A stretch of DNA of 64,000 bases from Squalus acanthias (lineage: Eukaryota). Position numbers and translations under genes: made by a program. This document shows positions 59,650 through 64,000 of this stretch, piece by piece. The stretch spans positions 49,292,001-49,356,000 of the forward strand of contig CM059432.1 of NCBI GenBank assembly GCA_030390025.1, written 5' to 3'. The notes beneath the pieces are model-generated. The model saw only the letters and a program-made list of their open reading frames with translations. It did not search any database and was not told the origin of the DNA. Each line of letters opens with the position of its first letter. The stretch's first letter is position 1.

Positions 59650-61150
59650 ATGTCACAACAAGGGAGAGAGCGTGCACCAAGTTTCTCTGATGCAGCACTG
59701 GAGACCTTGGTACAGGAGGGTGAAAGGAGAGAGGTCCTATTTCTACAGGGGGCCAGGAGGCCCTCCAGGCAAACTCAAAAACAATAATTGGAGCAGACAG
59801 CCATAGCTGTCAACGCCAGCAGTGTCGCCCCAAGAAGCTGGCTTCAGTGCAGGAAGAAGTTTAATGCCATCACTCAAGTGGTCAAGGTCAGTGAATTAAT
59901 CTTCAAATGCCATATCCCGCCATCTGCTCCACGAGCCTCACACACTGCTCAATGCACCCCACCCTCATTACTCACCTACCAGCAATCTCTACCAAACACC
60001 ACTCATACCTCACATTCATAGCTTCACCTCACCTCACCCTCACACACTTACCACTGCTGCAAGACTCACACCCATATCTCACAGCTTGCACACACTGTCA
60101 GCTATTCAACCATGACAGGCACATCACCCAGACACATTGCACCACACTCACTGACACACTTCCCTTTCTCTTGTAGAACAAGGTTGCTCACAATCGGAGC
60201 CAGTAGGGGCTACAGATGCGCTTTCATAATCTTACCCCCCCCGGAAGAGATAATGCTGTCCATTCTTGGCAGGGCAATCACTGAACCCTTGGCCAGCGGC
60301 TGTCTGAAGCTATCCAAGAGGACGGTATCCTCACACCTAATCCTCCTTCTCACATCCCACTTCCCCTCTCATCCCACTATCTCTTCTGACTTACAAGCTG
60401 CAGATGGTGTAAGCATGCACCTCTTGCTTCCGCCAGCCCACCACCGCCTATCACCACAGCCTTACCCTTCTGCCTTTCTTCTTTCAGTTAGAATAGCCAC
60501 TTGGTCAGGCACTGGTGGAGGAGCAGGACAAAAGTGATCATGAAGACACAGCATCAGTCAATTTCACACTCCCAGCCACCAGCTCAGATACGGACACTGC
60601 GTATTTTGTGGGTAGTTTAGACGTGGGATCTGCACATGGTGAGACGCCGGGCACGAGTGGCCTGGAAAGGGTAGCACAGGTGTCTGCTCCGTGGAGGGTG
60701 AGGTCGCATCGAGTTCTGCTGCAGAGGAGTCAGATGAGGACTTCGATGGGGCGACCTACAGAAGGAGGCTGATGGGTATGCACACTGAAATGATTGGTGC
60801 ATTGGCAGGCCTACCAGAATGCCTGAGAGCAATGTCAAGAGCATGGAGGAGTGTGGCACCAACCTTGCACAGGGATTTGCGCAGAGCTTGGAGCCCAAGT
60901 TTTCCATCATGGAATTAATGGCCAACTCCATTGCCGCACTTATATGCCAAACCATGATGCAGGGTGCGATGTCTGATGTCTCAGCTTCCATTGCAGCACA
61001 AGCGGAATCAACCCAACATCTGAGTGCTGCAGTGGAAGCACAGACTTCTGTCATGCAAGCTCAGACTGCTCTCATGCAGGCTCAGACTGATATCATGCAA
61101 GCTCAGACTGCTGCCATCATGGCTGTGTTTACCAGTGTGGAAAGGGGCTT
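59650..61150 (+). pseudogene. Harbinger Myb/SANT-like DNA-binding protein; predicted exons 59650-59886, 60177-60324 and 60488-~61150
   Basis: MSQQGRERAPSFSDAALETLV...IAVNA...RSWLQCRKKFN; GT-AG introns; coiled-coil tail; internal stop and frameshifts. Confidence 0.75.
61051..61113 (+). repeat. 21-bp tandem repeat x3 (heptad MQAQTxx)
   Basis: TCATGCARGCTCAGACTGMTV three times, in frame with the coiled coil. Confidence 0.85.
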
Positions 61151-61564
61151 GTAGGGTCTCCAACAGATGGCTAGGAATGCTGAGGCACCGCCCCGGGCGA
61201 TGACAGCACTCGTGCTCCCACCACTGCCACTTCACCAGTGCCCTTGCCACCATGCCAAAGTGGTGCAGTCTACAGCCGGGCCTTCTAGGCCCAGAGCTGC
61301 TCGAGCTCATCCTGCAAGGCCATCTGCAGTCTCCCCCACTGAAAGTCAGCAGCCTTCCGCCAGCCATGGTGCAGCCACTGGAGTAGCACTAGGACAGGCA
61401 AAGGCACACGGAAGACAGGCACTAAGAGAATGCACAAGGGTGATTAGTTGACTTCTTAATGTAATATTTGATGTATAAAGTTGTTTGGAATGTTTGTTTT
61501 GTGGTGGCTTTCATTTCAGCATTGTGGCCATGAGGATGCAGTGATCGTCCATATCAGAGAGTTG

Positions 61565-62725
61565 GTAAAGTGTGGGTCTATTGGCGAGTGTGGATTTGGG
61601 GTTGCGTTCACTGGAACCACAGTCGGATGAGTCGATCACAGACAGCCCAGGCAGAAAGGGGCTGTCTGGGTTGCCTCCTCCCTTCCACTTCCTCCTCCTC
61701 TTCAGCTGGTCGCTGTATGTCTGGTAGAGATGATGGAGAGGTTTTGAAGCATGCAGCAGACCACAACAAATCTTGAGATGCGCTCTGGTGAGTACTGCAG
61801 GGCTCCTCCAGAGCGGTCCAGGCAGTGGAACCATTGCTTCTATACCCTAGTGGTCTGCTCTATGATGTTTTGTGTGGCAGCATGGCTCTCATTGTAGGCA
61901 CACTGGCCACATGTAGTTGGATTCCGAGCGGAGTCATGATCTAGGTGGTCAAGGGATTGCCCTGGTCACCCAGCAACCAGCCTCTGGTTTGACGTGGTGG
62001 CTCAAAGGCTGAGGGAACAGCGGACTGGCCCTGAATAAAAGCATCATGACTGCTGCCAGGATACTAGGCATTCACCATCATGATATGCTGAGCATGATCA
62101 CACATCAACTGCACATTCCGCGAGTAGAAACCTTTGTGGTTGCGGTACAGCTCAGCATTTAGATGCGGTGCCCGCAAAGCCATGTGCGAGTAGTCGATGG
62201 CACCCTGCACCATGGGGAAGTCCGCTATCCTGGCAAAGCAACGTGCACACTCCGTCTGCTTCTCTCTGTTGAGAGAGAAGACAATGAAGTCCCCTCTCCT
62301 GGCATAAAGAGCGTCTGTCACCTCTCTTATGCAGCAGTGGACAGTGAACTGGGAGATGTTACCGATGTCGCCTGCTCCAGCCTGGAAGGGTCCCAACTCA
62401 AAGAAATTCAGTGCCACAGTCACCTTCACAGCCACTGGCAGCGCTGTCCTTGCCCTGAAGTGAGGCTACAGCTCTGGTTGCAAGAGGTGGCAGAGTTCCG
62501 TGAGCACCTCCTTCGTAAAGCAGGGACGCCTCACACACTGCTCCTAGCTCAGGCTGAGATAAGAGAATTGCTCCCGGAAAACCTTAGATGGGTAAGGCTT
62601 CCTGCTAAGAGCCCTTCTCCCCCTCCTCCTCCTCCCTCTACGAGCAGCTTGTACTCTTCTTTGCTGCCTCTGCTCCATCGCCCTGTCATGCTGTAGGCCG
62701 AGGGGGTGACAACTAGAGCACCCAT
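61565..62725 (-). pseudogene. Harbinger (HARBI1-like) DDE transposase pseudogene
   Basis: VKVTVALNFF..G.FQ, FP.VQGAID.SH, Y.N.KGFYS.NVQL.CD, PGSSHDAFI and WLLGD motifs, with stops. Confidence 0.88.
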
Positions 62726-63755
62726 GACTGGGAGCAAGTGGTCTAACTAGAAACCTTAAAGTTAGAAGCAAGGCCTTCTCCCCTTGCAGCACCACTCCCC
62801 GTCACCTCACCAACTTTAAACAACTGTAGAAAGCTCCAAACAGTTCCACAAACTTACACAGAGCCAGTAGAAATCACCAACTAACCTTAGAGTGGTTGCT
62901 GATCCCTTTAAATATCACTAGTAGGCGGTCCTTGCTGATGCTGTGTGCGAGGTTAACACAGGGCGTTAGCTCCAGCGTTGACGACCAAAATGGCAGTGCT
63001 GGCGATTGATGTCACGATCTGCACACTCTGCATACTTCTGGTGCACGCTCCTAACGTCTGCCCTACCGCCCTCACCAAGATGGCACCCATCGCGGCCATA
63101 CCAGAAGTGTGCATGCGCGGTGCGCATGCCATTTTCGGCATAAAACAGCATCCATAGCACCGAAAAATCAGGTGCTACGGAGCCGAATTTGTCGCCCTAC
63201 ACTTTTATTTGCATTACATTAATGCAGAATTCAATAATGCAGATGCTGCTTCTGTGGATCTTGCAAATGCCTGATACCGATAAATCTCATGAGAATCAAT
63301 CCCCTTTTCCTTTCTAAGGCATTCCACTAAAATAAAGGCAGCAGTGTTCAGTCATACATATATAATTCTCTCATTTGCTACAGTTCAGATTTCTGTGGAG
63401 ATAAGAGTGGCTGCTTTAGGCACAATCGGGAAATTGCGCTGGTTAGGTTACAGTTCAAGTTTCCGCTAAAATTAATTTGCATAAACACAAACATAAAATC
63501 TTCCATGAACCAGTGTAATCAGGCAGCCTAATAGAACATAATCATTTTTTTTCTTTCCATTATAAAATATTCCTTGATGCATTTAAGTGTGGTAATCTGG
63601 TCTTGTTTTATTAATACAGCTGAAAATGGGTTTCTCAGCAAAAATAAGCTTTTTTAAATAAGGGTGTCCAGTCCTCCACATGTAAGTAACCCGATTTAAA
63701 ATCAGTGATAATGACTTAAAAAAAACTATACTGAACCATTTAATAGTTTCATTCG

Positions 63756-64000
63756 CTGGAATTTTGCCGGCACTCAGGGGGCGAGTTTGGAGGCGGGACA
63801 TCTGGCAAAATCGCAAGGATTGACAGCGGGCCGGAAACCCGCTGTCAACCCACCTCCAATCAATCTTCCCAAGTGTCGGGTCCCTGATTTGCGCATGGAC
63901 CCGACACCTAGCGGCGGGAAGAGGATTATAGGCACTTAACTGCTTGCTAACAGGCAGTTAACAGGCTTTTTCCAATTTTGACACTTCTACTGCGGGCTTC
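63756..64000. mobile_element. Harbinger-type MITE, partial (runs off the window)
   Basis: GCTGGAATTTT terminus; GAGTTTGGAGGCG and AACAGGCAGTTAACAGG motifs shared with 6950-7160. Confidence 0.55.

Larger units (their letters stand above)
59351..63197. mobile_element. Harbinger/PIF DNA transposon with two convergent genes, decayed
   Basis: Myb/SANT-like gene on the plus strand and HARBI1-like DDE transposase on the minus strand; weak TIRs GGCTAAAAATTGG and reverse complement GGGCGACAAATTCGG. Confidence 0.85.

Noticed and set aside
1..64000. CRISPR array or prokaryotic operon
   Set aside because: No regularly spaced repeat-spacer array; the content is vertebrate repeat-rich DNA.

Overview
Vertebrate genomic DNA, most likely shark or ray (inferred from SacSINE1-type Deu-SINEs, CR1 LINEs with (TTCTATG)n tails and abundant Penelope-like elements). 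It is intronic or intergenic and dominated by nested mobile elements; I recognise no intact host gene. It contains about ten CR1/L2/RTE LINE pieces and three Penelope-like (PLE) insertions, one of them a 249-bp insert with a 12-bp target-site duplication (TSD) and a perfect 215-bp palindrome carrying two hammerhead-ribozyme cores. There are two young two-LTR Gypsy elements with CsRn1/Kabuki-clade hallmarks (CHCC Gag, tRNA-Trp primer-binding site (PBS), 4-bp TSD) and a 1.6-kb solo LTR. A decayed endogenous retrovirus-like 3' half (integrase C-terminus, spliced env resembling a Mononegavirales F-type fusogen as in lokiretroviruses, polypurine tract (PPT), LTR) is the strongest lead. Also present are a decayed two-gene Harbinger transposon and many Harbinger-type MITEs. 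Speculative items are a duplicated ~105-bp structured segment, possible micro-exons and an old gag/protease-like relic. Coordinates of old repeats are approximate and family calls come from motifs, not database searches.
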